Shown: in pieces, positions 41,303 to 55,449 of the stretch
Numbering within the stretch: the first letter of the stretch is position 1
Layout of the letters: each line of letters begins with the position of its first letter
Assembly: GCF_964355755.1 (NCBI RefSeq)
Contig: NC_092671.1
Span: forward strand, 39,938,304 to 40,002,303
Source: Antedon mediterranea
Taxonomy: Eukaryota > Animalia > Echinodermata
Length of the DNA: 64,000 bases
Direction of reading: 5' to 3'
The notes under the pieces: generated by a model
Told to the model about the DNA's origin: nothing
Seen by the model: only the letters and a program-made list of their open reading frames with translations
The model's database searches: none
Made by a program: the position numbers and the translations under genes

Positions 41303-42425
41303 CTTAAAATAAAAAAATAGTTATAATAGTCAAATTATCCTTGGTTTCTTATTTTATTTAATGTATTGATTGTTGTTTATATACATATTTTCTTGTAATC
41401 TAGGGTTGAAACCAAATAAAAATTAAATTACAAGTACTGGTCAAAATAAGTTACAATAAAGGACTTATAAATAAGGATTTCCCTATTTATTTTATTAAAA
41501 ATGTATTTGCTAAAGCCCCTAAGAACAAAATCCTTCATAAAAAGCTAGCTAAGAATCATGTATGTATTTCATCCCTACAGAGATTCTCAATTATATGTTT
41601 GTGTTTTATCTAAAAATTATTAGAAGTCAAATCATAATATGACAATAGTGTAGCTAACAAAAGAAAAAAGTTTTAAAATCAAAATAAGTCAAATAAATAC
41701 AACAATTAAACAATTTAAATGTTTAAAATTAGTTTTTGCTTCCAAACTTGACAAGTCAGAATCAACCTTTTTATTAAGAACTTTGGTTGTAGGAACGTTT
41801 TTAAATTGAAAGTTAAAAAAACATTTTGCACCTTAAAATGTTTCCAAACTTGACCTTTACCCCATAGAGATTAAAATTCAATTTCAATTTTCAGTTTATA
41901 ATTTAAACATAAAACAGACAAGCTAAAAACATTGAAATCATTTAAATTTTTCATTTTAATTCAAATGAAAAACATTAAAATGTCTTTATTTGAATTTTAA
42001 ACAACATAATTACATTTCCGATTAAATTACTCAACTTTATCTTAATAGCAACTGAAAAAAAAAACATGATTGCCAACATGCAATAGTGACTCCCTAAAAG
42101 AGGAGTGGTGTGTGATTATGTACTCAGATATGACAGTGGCTAACATCCCCCTGGGCCAATCATACTAAGTCTGCTGACTTGGCTCTTTTGAACTGTCATG
42201 TCAATCAAACCAAGTTCTAATGAAACTAGGAAGTCAGAAGAAAACATTAGATGAAATACATTATTTTTATACTTAAGTTGGCTTTTTTTTAAAGCTAGAT
42301 CAATTTTAAGCATCTAGTTGACTAAGTATAAAAACATAACAATTTGGGATGTATGTAGAGCTCTCTTTTTGTTTACCTTAGCTCTTTTGGACTTTAAAAA
42401 GTGCGATGTATGTTTTATTGTTTAC

Positions 42426-42495
42426 CTTAGCTCGAAACATTTTCATATCAAGCATCTTAAAATCCATTCTCATAATAAAGTTCTTCATCCAATTG
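42426..42495 (-). CDS. Coding exon E (D-NWMKNFIMRMDFKMLDMKMFRAK)
   Basis: Acceptor ccttgttttcAG|, donor AAG|GTaaac. 70 nt, phase 2 to 0, which exactly bridges exons D and F. Confidence 0.88.
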
Positions 42496-43027
42496 CTGAA
42501 AACAAGGTAAAGAAAATCATGAATGCAGTAAAGTTAAATTAATACCAAATAGACAATCATTGAAACAAAGATTAATGTAAAATACAATATCAAGATTAAC
42601 GGAATGAAATGAAAATTTAAAACTAAAAATTTATTGGAAACTTATTTTTTAAGCTTACAACTATGATGGTTTTTAACTAAACTTGGTATATTGAATTGTT
42701 TCTATATGTTGTATATTTAATGATTTTAAACTAAACTGGTTGGCATTCTTTAAAAATTTCATTTTGTAGAGCCTCTTGACTGTTATTTTTGTTATTTAAC
42801 ATTCAGTTTAGGCTCATTAATCTACTTTTTTTTTTCTTGTAAGTTAAAAATAAAATGATGTGTATATATCAATGGTGTCTTCGTACATCCTTGAGGGCAG
42901 CAAACACAATATGTTTAGGAGTAGATTAATTAAGTATCATGTCAAAACCTATAACAAATATTCTAGTACTCATTCAAAATAAGATGAACATAAACACAGC
43001 TGATTTTTAAATATGAAAGTTTTTCTT

Positions 43028-43173
43028 ATATTATAATAATTTCTATGTAATGGGACTATAAATGAATATGAAAGAAGATGGCAAAACAGAGAATGCTACC
43101 ATATTATAATAATTTCTATGTAATGGGACTATAAATGAATATGAAAGAAGATGGCAAAACAGAGAATGCTACC
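43028..43173. repeat. ~73-bp perfect tandem duplication (intronic)
   Basis: ATATTATAATAATTTCTATG...CAGAGAATGCTACC x2. Confidence 0.92.
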
Positions 43174-45054
43174 AGTAATTTAATATTGTAATATTAAAAT
43201 AAGTTAGAATAACATTACATATCACTATCTTAAAGTGAAACAGTTGTAATCAATTATAGATTAGTATCGTGACAAACTTAAGTTAAGGCATCTAAAATTA
43301 GTAGCTGGAATAGCAGTCTTAAAAACTTTTAATCGGAAAACGTTTAATTTTTTAAAGAAAACGGGAAATATAGCAATTAAGAATGCTATAAGGTTAATGT
43401 ATTAGATAACTATTGGACAGTTATGTTGGTAAAGGAGACTATTGGACTGTGAAAGTTTGTTTATAATGAGTCAGTGAGTACCAGGAGGATGTTTATGAAG
43501 TATAAAGACATGTTCTATGTGAGTATAAATGTGTTTTTTGTAGCATATCGTGTATTACATCGATCAATATTGACAAATATTTTAAGCTTGTCATTTTTTG
43601 TAACCATAAAGTTTACAGAATGATTACTTATGCTTTTCTCTAAACCTTGATTCTGCTTGTTTGGCAATCTTAAAAAATTAAATGGAAAAAATACATCTTT
43701 CACATTTATATGAACATTATATATCCAATCTGCAGAAACTAATGTTTCCATCTTATTAGATCTCGTCAGTGCAGCTCAGTTTTTAAAAATATATATATAT
43801 ATATGTATAAACCGTTTATACAATCATTTAATATAATACAATTTGTTATAGTTTTAGAAACTTGTCATTTCTAATACGTTTTAAACTGTCTCAATTAAAA
43901 TTATATTAATAACACTACATATTAATAAACATAATGAGTTTAATGTGTGAACACATTATCTGAATGTGATATTTCCACATTATCCATTATGAATTAAATT
44001 GATAAAATACACATTGATATTTGAATTAATTTAAATTAATCATGACATAACAAATTGTATTTAAATTAAACGTCTCTAAATTATTAGTTACATTTGTTTT
44101 TCAAGCGATTTAAAGTTGTTTTAAAGTTGAAATGTGTGCTAAGATTTAAACACCAGAGGGACTACATAGAGTGAATTAGTCATCCCATAGCAGACGTATA
44201 AATTACACTGACATGGTAAAACTTTACTAAGATAGAAAAAAATGCATCGGTACTTTTAGATAACGGTAAGAAATGTTGTCCAAAATGTTGTATCATGTTA
44301 TCCGTCATAGGTGAGTGGACACGGTGGCGACACCATTTATGTGGTTCATGACATCGTGGCAAACGGAGATAGCAAGTCTGCCAATATGAGTAGGCGGGTG
44401 ATGTATGTCATGTCATGTCATGTTTCTACATTTCACAATTTATTTAATGTGGTTTTGAAGTCAGATATAAGAACAAACCACAAATAATCTTTAAAAAGGT
44501 TAATAACGTAATAACATTAATAATGTGATTTGTTTGTTCCTTATGCTAAGACTTTCTCATCAGCTCAACTAATTTGTAAAGCAATTTTAGCTTTAAGTAA
44601 TTATATTATTGTCCTTATTATAATGCTTATTATTTAGGCATTTGTTCTTTGTATGCAATCATTCTGTATTTGTATGTTAATCCTCCTGTTATTGGTGATT
44701 TTTTTTTTTTTGCTGTTGATTTGGGTTTCGAAATAAAATAAAAATAAATAAAACAAACATTGCATTGATTTAAAAAAAAAAAATATTTTAATTTACTTTA
44801 TTTTGGTCAAGTGTAAATTCTTGTGTAAAATTGGGCAAACACTTTGCTTCTCTCTAAAATGCTGTTGTATTTAAAATTGTGACATATTTTGGCCAACAAT
44901 CTAACTGCTGATCACTCTTATTTTGCACTTTATCTGCCAATTAAATGCAATATTGACATTATTCACAGGAGATTATATTCTATTGAGAAATAAACTCTTG
45001 AGCATTATTCAAAATTATGTTTTATTTCAATGTTTTTGCAAATGAATTGAGTAA

Positions 45055-45230
45055 GAACTTTTTTTAGATTTCTTTAAAAAATGTTATTATTTTTTTAATT
45101 TTTTTAAATATTTTTTTTTTATTTTTTATTTTCAATTATTTTTTTCTTTTATTATTTTAATTTTTTTTAATTTCTTTTTTTAAATGTTTTATTATTATTT
45201 TTAAAATTTTATTATTATTTTTTTTTAATG
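45055..45230. repeat. Low-complexity T-rich tract
   Basis: Almost entirely T/A runs. Confidence 0.85.
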
Positions 45231-46815
45231 CAATAGAAGAGAATGATAAAGGTAAACAAAAGTAAACATTATCACACTAATTTCAATTTATGATTCACAA
45301 TAACCAAATTAGAAATTATAAGTACACATCTATTAATATTACATAAAAAAAAAGTTAAATAGACAAAAAAAATTTCTACTTGAAAAAAAAAACTGTCCGT
45401 TGGAAATGTAAGTACTTGAATATTGCAGTATAATATGACCTGTGGCATTCTATTAACTACAATAGTAAGAAAGTCTGCTATTGCAATTCTGTTAATAATT
45501 TAACCATATTACATTGTACTGGAATGCTGTTAACAACTGATTCCTTTTATTATATAGAAATCCTAAGGGAAATTTTTGACAAAATGACAATGCTGTGGGT
45601 ATCTGGATCTCAATAGAGATACAAAATAAATGAGCAAAGAGCTAAATCAAAACGATAAATAAAACAGCCAGAAAAATTATTTTATAGATATAATGTGTAT
45701 CAGGTTTTAACAATATAGTATACAGTACAGTTTAGCTTGGCAATGGCTACATGTAATAATATAATGGCTTATAACTACAAAGCTACATAGGCCTACAGTT
45801 AATTGTTCCACTTTTTCTAAACCATGGCTAAACTTAACACTATACTTTAATAATAGGTTCGGATATAACAAATATCTACTGTACCTAGATTTATATTAAT
45901 TACAAAAATAACTTTATAAAATACAATGCTATATATTTTACACATTAAAACAAATGCCTGAATAATGCAAACAAATTAGATATATTAATGAAGAATGACG
46001 TATTCTCCAGGGAATTAGATGTGTGTATTAGAGCGTTAGAAGTAAGTAACACTATAGTAACAGTACTAGGCAGCCTTAGGATAAATCTACTGCAACTTCA
46101 CAAGAACTTGGCATGCTAAGCCCTCAAGACCCAATGAAAGTTGGACTACAAAACTGATGTGTTGTGTCCAGAGGGGAAGGAAAACTGATTAACAAGTACA
46201 AGGAAATTAACTTGTTGACTGTATACGCAGGTAAACTTGATATCCGCTTTGAAGTGCCATTTATTGTTCATACAGCCAGACGCCATTCATCCTCGGGCTT
46301 GCCTCGCAACAGTTTTTTTAAACATTTAATTCTCTTGTTAATGTCAAATCGACAGAAGAAAAAACACATGTAAATTGATCTTACAAGCTTAAATGACAGT
46401 TGATTTAAAATAAAGGCAGATTATTAGTATATGTTTTATAGTTTTATAATTCAGTTCTTGACAAAAAAAATTGCTATGAATAAGTTCAAAGACACCAGAT
46501 CTAAGTACTGTAGCATCTGTGACCACCTGTATGATATTTATAATTACTTCATCCTAATGAAAATTCGACCCCAAAAGGTTGAAAAATGAATCACACAGAA
46601 TCACACTCATTGTTCCTCTAAGAACAAACATCAAATTATGAATCACAACTTTAGGCCCCTTCTATGATTCATAAAAAAGTAGAGCTAGACCCAGGCATAA
46701 GTATAACCCTGTTAATGTCAACAGACTCACTCATACAGTCTCATTTCCTAGTGAACTTTCAACGATTCCCGCAAGAAGCCTGGGCCCGACTCCCCAAAGA
46801 GATCAATATACTCAC

Positions 46816-46910
46816 TCAATAGATGAAATCTTCTGTGTAAGTGAAGCAACCACAGAAAACAGTTTAAAGTCTGCACCATTCAGTACGGAGTAGCCTGCTA
46901 GTTCTAAAAC
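46816..46910 (-). CDS. Coding exon D (VLELAGYSVLNGADFKLFSVVASLTQKISSI-D)
   Basis: Acceptor tttctctactttaAG|, donor |GTgagt. 95 nt, phase 0 to 2. Confidence 0.9.
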
Positions 46911-47186
46911 CTTAAAGTAGAGAAAACAAAAAATGAGAGAAAATGGACAGTTAATTCATATTTTTAAAATAAAGCAAATTTTAAGCGTACTTTGAATTAT
47001 GTATACCCCAACAAAAGATTGTATCTTGAGAAAAAAAATTATTTTGAATGTATTGTGAAGTTCATTTTATATACTGTATTCTTCAAATATAAATCAAAAT
47101 TAAAATTCTATCAATATAAATTTATTTTATTAACAAACCCTGTTTCGGACATAGCCTATGATAGGCTATGATAGCCTATGATAGCC

Positions 47187-50100
47187 TATCACTGTAGACC
47201 TAGGTACATATGATACAGAACATATCACACTGTAGACCTAGGTACATATGATACAGAACATATCACACTGTAGACCTAGGTACATATGATACAGAACATA
47301 TCACACTGTAGACCTAGGTACATATGATACAGAACATATCACACTGTAGACCTAGGTACATATGATACAGAACATATCACACTGTATACCTAGGTACATA
47401 TGATACAGAACATATCACACTGTAGACCTAGGTACATATGATACAGAACAAATCACACTGTAGACCTAGGTACATATGATACAGAACATATCACACTGTA
47501 GACCTAGGTACATATGATACAGAACATATCACACTGTAGACCTAGGTACATATGATACAGAACAAATCACACTGTAGACCTAGGTACATATGATACAGAA
47601 CATATCACACTGTAGACCTAGGTACATATGATACAGAACAAATCACACTGTAGACCTAGGTACATATGATACAGAACATATCACACTGTAGACCTAGGTA
47701 CATATGCAACAGAACAAATCACACTGTAGACCTAGGTACATATGATACAGAACAAATCACACTGTAGACCTAGGTACATATGATACAGAACATATCAAAC
47801 TGTAGACCTAGGTACATATGATACAGAACATATCACACTGTAGACCTAGGTACATATGATACAGAACAAATCACACTGTAGACCTAGGTACATATGATAC
47901 AGAACAAATCACACTGTAGACCTAGGTACATATGATACAGAACAAATCACACTGTAGACCTAGGTACATATGATACAGAACATATCACACTGTAGACCTA
48001 GGTACATATGATACAGAACAAATCACACTGTAGACCTAGGTACATATGATACAGAACATATCACACTGTAGACCTAGGTACATATGATACAGAACAAATC
48101 ACACTGTAGACCTAGGTACATATGATACAGAACAAATCACACTGTAGACCTAGGTACATATGATACAGAACAAATCACACTGTAGACCTAGGTACATATG
48201 ATACAGAACAAATCACACTGTAGACCTAGGTACATATGATACAGAACAAATCACACTGTAGACCTAGGTACATATGATACAGAACATATCACACTGTAGA
48301 CCTAGGTACATATGATACAGAACAAATCACACTGTAGACCTAGGTACATATGATACAGAACAAATCACACTGTAGACCTAGGTACATATGATACAGAACA
48401 TATCACACTGTAGACCTAGGTACATATGATACAGAACATATCACACTGTAGACCTAGGTACATATGATACAGAACAAATCACACTGTAGACCTAGGTACA
48501 TATGATACAGAACAAATCACACTGTAGACCTAGGTACATATGATACAGAACATATCACACTGTAGACCTAGGTACATATGATACAGAACAAATCACACTG
48601 TAGACCTAGGTACATATGATACAGAACATATCACACTGTAGACCTAGGTACATATGATACAGAACAAATCACACTGTAGACCTAGGTACATATGATACAG
48701 AACATATCACACTGTAGACCTAGGTACATATGATACAGAACATATCACACTGTAGACCTAGGTACATATGATACAGAACATATCACACTGTAGACCTAGG
48801 TACATATGATACAGAACATATCACACTGTAGACCTAGGTACATATGCAACAGAACAAATCACACTGTAGACCTAGGTACATATGATACAGAACATATCAC
48901 ACTGTAGACCTAGGTACATATGATACAGAACAAATCACACTGTAGACCTAGGTACATATGATACAGAACATATCACACTGTAGACCTAGGTACATATGAT
49001 ACAGAACAAATCACACTGTAGACCTAGGTACATATGATACAGAACAAATCACACTGTAGACCTAGGTACATATGATACAGAACAAATCACACTGTAGACC
49101 TAGGTACATATGATACAGAACAAATCACACTGTAGACCTAGGTACATATGATACAGAACAAATCACACTGTAGACCTAGGTACATATGATACAGAACAAA
49201 TCACACTGTAGACCTAGGTACATATGATACAGAACAAATCACACTGTAGACCTAGGTACATATGATACAGAACAAATCACACTGTAGACCTAGGTACATA
49301 TGATACAGAACATATCACACTGTAGACCTAGGTACATATGATACAGAACAAATCACACTGTAGACCTAGGTACATATGATACAGAACATATCACACTGTA
49401 GACCTAGGTACATATGATACAGAACATATCACACTGTAGACCTAGGTACATATGATACAGAACAAATCACACTGTAGACCTAGGTACATATGATACAGAA
49501 CATATCACACTGTAGACCTAGGTACATATGATACAGAACATATCACACTGTAGACCTAGGTACATATGATACAGAACAAATCACACTGTAGACCTAGGTA
49601 CATATGATACAGAACAAATCACACTGTAGACCTAGGTACATATGATACAGAACAAATCACACTGTAGACCTAGGTACATATGATACAGAACATATCACAC
49701 TGTAGACCTAGGTACATATGATACAGAACAAATCACACTGTAGACCTAGGTACATATGATACAGAACAAATCACACTGTAGACCTAGGTACATATGATAC
49801 AGAACAAATCACACTGTAGACCTAGGTACATATGATACAGAACATATCACACTGTAGACCTAGGTACATATGATACAGAACAAATCACACTGTAGACCTA
49901 GGTACATATGATACAGAACATATCACACTGTAGACCTAGGTACATATGATACAGAACATATCATACTGTAGACCTAGGTACATATGATACAGAACATATC
50001 ACACTGTAGACCTAGGTACATATGATACAGAACAAATCACACTTTAGACCTAGGTACATATGATACAGAACATATCACACTGTAGACCTAGGTACATATG

Positions 50101-51329
50101 ATACAGAACATATCACACTGTAGACCTAGGTACATATGATACAGAACAAATCACACTGTAGACCTAGGTACATATGATACAGAACATATCACACTGTAGA
50201 CCTAGGTACATATGATACAGAACATATCACACTGTAGACCTAGGTACATATGATACAGAACAAATCACACTGTAGACCTAGGTACATATGATACAGAACA
50301 TATCACACTGTAGACCTAGGTACATATGATACAGAACATATCATACTGTAGACCTAGGTACATATGATACAGAACATATCACACTGTAGACCTAGGTACA
50401 TATGATACAGAACAAATCACACTGTAGACCTAGGTACATATGATACAGAACATATCACACTGTAGACCTAGGTACATATGATACAGAACAAATCACACTG
50501 TAGACCTAGGTACATATGATACAGAACATATCACACTGTAGACCTAGGTACATATGATACAGAACATATCACACTGTAGACCTAGGTACATATGATACAG
50601 AACAAATCACACTGTAGACCTAGGTACATATGATACAGAACAAATCACACTGTAGACCTAGGTACATATGATACAGAACATATCACACTGTAGACCTAGG
50701 TACATATGATACAGAACATATCACACTGTAGACCTAGGTACATATGATACAGAACAAATCACACTGTAGACCTAGGTACATATGATACAGAACATATCAC
50801 ACTGTAGACCTAGGTACATATGATACAGAACATATCACACTGTAGACCTAGGTACATATGATACAGAACAAATCACACTGTAGACCTAGGTACATATGAT
50901 ACAGAACAAATCACACTGTAGACCTAGGTACATATGATACAGAACAAATCACACTGTAGACCTAGGTACATATGATACAGAACAAATCACACTTTAGACC
51001 TAGGTACATATGATACAGAACATATCACACTGTAGACCTAGGTACATATGATACAGAACAAATCACACTGTAGACCTAGGTACATATGATACAGAACAAA
51101 TCACACTGTAGACCTAGGTACATATGATACAGAACATATCACACTGTAGACCTAGGTACATATGATACAGAACATATCACACTGTAGACCTAGGTACATA
51201 TGATACAGAACAAATCACACTGTAGACCTAGGTAGTACATATGATACAGAACATATCACACTGTAGACCTAGGTACATATGATACAGAACAAATCACACT
51301 GTAGAAGGTACATATGATACAGAACAAAT
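47187..51329. repeat. Large intronic satellite, 38-bp unit x~109
   Basis: Unit ATCACACTGTAGACCTAGGTACATATGATACAGAACA(T/A). Confidence 0.99.
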
Positions 51330-52144
51330 AGGAAAAAAAATGCATGGGTAATTATTGATGTAACCATACTATATCATTATTATTTTTGTATATTTCACAG
51401 TCTATGATAATTGTACCATTTCCCATATTAATGCATGATAAATTAATCATATCAAACCATTACTCTATCAATATCCCACAAACGCAGGTTAATAAAATGT
51501 CACAAATTATTAGACAATATAAACGGCAAGGGAATTGAACAATTACATTACATTTGATAACGGAACAAGTTATAAAACATGAGGGAATTCAAATTAGGGT
51601 TGCAAACACCCTTGTTTCGTAATGTCACACTTTAAGGTCAGAGAATACCTTAAATATTTTGGGTTTTTAAATGTTAAATGTCGTTATCAATAGATAAAAA
51701 GGAATGTGATATTGCATGGTTTGTTTAAAGGTGTTCTAAGCTTTCATTTAATTAAAAGAAAATTAGAGCATAAAAAATTACCCAAATACCCTAGAGTGTC
51801 TGTGATATAAAAAAAAGTAATAAGGTTAATTTTAGTGATATGACCTTTAATGTTATCAAGCATTATGAAAAATGAATGTTTGTATCTTAATATACAAAAG
51901 TACATGCTTCTTGTCTCCTGACTCTAAGTGAACTTACTTACCGGTAATTAATAACAGTTTACTTTCTTAATACAAGTATTTAGGTACTCATAAAACAATC
52001 CTCTTTTTTAAAAATCTCAATGTCATACAAGATTATTTCATCTATTAATTTTGACATTAAAAAGATGAACTTTAATTTTATAACTTGTAAATTGATATAT
52101 TGTGTCTTCAGTTACAACTACATGTTTTAGGAACTAGTTTAGAA

Positions 52145-53325
52145 GTATTATCTTTTGTACAACCCAATTGCCTGCCCAGCTACTAGTATACCAGTGTATT
52201 ATCTTTTGTACAACCCAATTGCCTGCCCAGCTACTAGTATACCAGTGTATTATCTTTTGTACAACCCAATTGCCTGCCCAGCTACTAGTATACCAGTGTA
52301 TTATCTTTTGTACAACCCAATTGCCTGCCTCGTATACCAGTGTATTATCTTTTGTACAACCCAATTGCCTGCCCAGCTACTAGTATACCAGTGTATTATC
52401 TTTTGTACAACCCAATTGCCTGGCCAGCTACTAGTATACCAGTGTATTATCTTTTGTACATCCCAATTGCCTGCCCAGCTACTAGTATACCAGTGTATTA
52501 TCTTTTGTACAACCCAATTGCCTGGCCAGCTACTAGTATACTAGTGTATTATCTTTTGTACATCCCAATTGCCTGCCCAGCTACTAGTATACCAGTGTAT
52601 TATCTTTTGTACAACCCAATTGCCTGCCCAGCTACTAGTATACCAGTGTATTATCTTTTGTACAACCCAATTGCCTGGCCAGCTACTAGTATACCAGTGT
52701 ATTATCTTTTGTACAACCCAATTGCCTGCCCAGCTACTAGTATACCAGTGTATTATCTTTTGTACAAGCCAATTGCCTGCCCAGCTACTAGTATACCAGT
52801 GTATTATCTTTTGTACATCCCAATTGCCTGCCTCGTATACCAGTGTATTATCTTTTGTACAAGCCAATTGCCTGCCCAGCTACTAGTATACCAGTGTATT
52901 ATCTTTTGTACAACCCAATTGCCTGCCCAGCTACTAGTATACCAGTGTATTATCTTTTGTACATCCCAATTGCCTGGCCAGCTACTAGTATACCAGTGTA
53001 TTATCTTTTGTACAACCCAATTGCCTGCCCAGCTACTAGTATACCAGTGTATTATCTTTTGTACAACCCAATTGCCTGCCCAGCTACTAGTATACCAGTG
53101 TATTATCTTTTGTACAACCCAATTGCCTGCCTCGTATACCAGTGTATTATCTTTTGTACATCCCAATTGCCTGCCCAGCTACTCGTATACCAGTGTATTA
53201 TCTTTTGTACAACCCAATTGCCTGGCCAGCTACTAGTATACCAGTGTATTATCTTTTGTACATCCCAATTGCCTGCCCAGCTACTCGTATACCAGTGTAT
53301 TATCTTTTGTACAACCCAATTGCCT
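52145..53325. repeat. Intronic minisatellite, 51-bp unit x~23 (three 44-bp deletion variants)
   Basis: Unit GTATTATCTTTTGTACAACCCAATTGCCTGCCCAGCTACTAGTATACCAGT. Confidence 0.98.
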
Positions 53326-53936
53326 TGTAAACCATAAAAGTGATTGTTCAGTTACAGTTGCTCTACTCGCAGTCCTCAATTGATGTGAATTTACTAAAAG
53401 TTGGGACATCTGCGATACACGCCAATCAGATTTGAAATTTCAAAATACATGTGTCACTTAAACTGAACACATGGGAATCAAACAATTAGATTTTGTCTGA
53501 TATAAAAAAAGGTTTAAATTTTAGAATTGCTAAGCTCTTATATTCTGATCTGACAAGCTAACTATGATCTATTTCACCTCAACATGTTATTTTATTGGCT
53601 CAGATTTTATGAACAAATTTGAGATGATAGATAGTGAAGGTATCATGTTGTCTAGTAATGTTCAAACTACCAAAAAAAGAAGGGCATATAATTCTCAGGG
53701 GTGTCTATATAAATTATCTCTTTATTGAACATTTTATAATATAATTTTCAATATGTCTGTAACAAAATAATATTGATGCAGCCACTGAATTATGTATATA
53801 AACAAGATCTCTTTGCATAGTAATGGTAGGTTAAAAAACTGGTTTGAATAAACTTAAACTAGTCAGAACAAGAAATTTATGAAACTGTGAAATATTACTT
53901 GTGATTGACAGGTATCTGTACAAGATTGCCGCATTA

Positions 53937-54079
53937 AGCGCTGTCTACACTATCAAACTTTATGTGAAAAAAAATGATGTGCTCATATATGGACATGATG
54001 ATGTCCCATCACTACCATGTGGACATATCATTACCATATTTGGGCACATCACACTTTTTTTGATAGTGTAGACAGAGCT
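53937..54079. mobile_element. MITE family B copy (intronic)
   Basis: Both TIRs present, TSD TTA on both sides. Confidence 0.85.
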
Positions 54080-54174
54080 TTATAATATAGTATGCAAACT
54101 AGTTACATTTACATAGGTAGTAGGCAAAAGCTCTATAAAACAAAATCATGGCGTATATTATTTTGAAATTGTAT

Positions 54175-54334
54175 GCTCTGTCTACACTATCCAACTATTT
54201 TGACAAAAAAGGTGTAATGTGCACAAATATGGTAGTAATATGCCCACATATTGTAGTGGTATAACATCATCATGTCCATATATGGGCACATCACATTTTT
54301 TTGAGACATAAACTTTGATAGTGTAGGCAGATCT
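54175..54334. mobile_element. MITE family B copy, opposite orientation, ~40 bp from the exon C donor
   Basis: GCTCTGTCTACACTATC...TTTGATAGTGTAGGCAGATCT. Confidence 0.82.
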
Positions 54335-54373
54335 TTATATGAGAAAGATACAAAAATGATGAATAATCCTAAC

Positions 54374-54484
54374 CTGATAGACATACTCCTCTTCATGATC
54401 AGACAAGCTGTTAACACTAGCCACACCTTTGAGGGCAATCAACATCTCCTGACAAGTTAAGAAACCGTCGCAGTCCTCATCTGC
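54374..54484 (-). CDS. Coding exon C with canonical EF-hand loop (ADEDCDGFLTCQEMLIALKGVASVNSLSDHEEEYVYQ)
   Basis: Acceptor gatAG|, donor CAG|GTtagg. 111 nt, phase 0 to 0. DEDCDGFLTCQE fits the 12-residue DxDxDGxhxxxE EF-hand consensus. Confidence 0.9.
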
Positions 54485-55144
54485 CTATCATTACATAAAT
54501 ACAATCATATCATTATCAATTTATTTCACCAGAATCATCATAATAAGTAATTACTAACTTACAATATTATTGCTGCGTACGGGTGGCCTTAACTACAATG
54601 TTCATTTTCCGATCACCCTAGTTATAAGATCATTGTGGGATAGGGGTTCTTTTTTATTTGTAATTAAATGTTTAAAGCTAATATTTTGTGTCATGGAATA
54701 GAAAATATTTGTTGTATTTACAAAGTTACAGCACATTTTCAAAGGCCCAAAATACAATTCTATTAATCTATTCCTAATGCATGTTCTGATAACTTTTCAA
54801 TGGTGACCAAAGAGTGTCTAGTGTTTGAGAAAGTTGGCTGTACTATAATAAACTAAAAGAAATTAAATTAACCTTAGACTCAATCTTAATACTTTCAATA
54901 TGATTTAAAATCACATTAAGGAAATTCTAATTAAATGACTTGGGCCTATAAATGTGAAACGGAAGAATAGAAGGATTAAGAATTAAGGAAAAAATGTGGG
55001 GAAAGGAAGAGGAGCGGAAAAAGAAGAATTAATTGTGACAATCTGTAACATAAACATCTTAAGTTTTCATATTAGTAATTAAATAAATAAAATTCATTTA
55101 TTTCTGTAAATATACTTCATATTTCAATGAATTATAAAGCTTAC

Positions 55145-55215
55145 CGTTTCAAAAGCTCGTCTATATAAATACTCCTTTTCCCGTTTGATAATACAAAACT
55201 GCGCTAACCAGCCAG
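55145..55215 (-). CDS. Coding exon B (SGWLAQFCIIKREKEYLYRRAFET)
   Basis: Acceptor tttttatttcAG|, donor |GTaagc. 71 nt, phase 1 to 0. Supplies the entering helix of the EF-hand in exon C. Confidence 0.9.
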
Positions 55216-55449
55216 CTGAAATAAAAATAGAAAAACTGTTAAAAAAGTAGTTTTACTAATTAGCGTATTGATTGATGAGGGACGATGAAGGAAATGAAGT
55301 GAATTGGAAAACAGGTTTGTGAATCAAGAAGGAAACTAGAGGCAGTCATAATCAAATTAATTAATGTTACACCCTTCCAACAGCAGCTATGAACCGAAAG
55401 GTAAAAAAAGGTTGTGTTTTGAAGGCCTACATGCTGTGTTCCTTCCCTT

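Noticed and set aside
47187-51329. CRISPR-like appearance of 34-50 bp repeat arrays (also 3633, 32776, 36221)
   Set aside because: Units are head-to-tail with no unique spacers, there are no cas genes, and the context is eukaryotic.
52134-53337. Multiple overlapping ORFs up to 298 aa
   Set aside because: They come from a 51-bp intronic minisatellite and are frame-shifted by 44-bp units.
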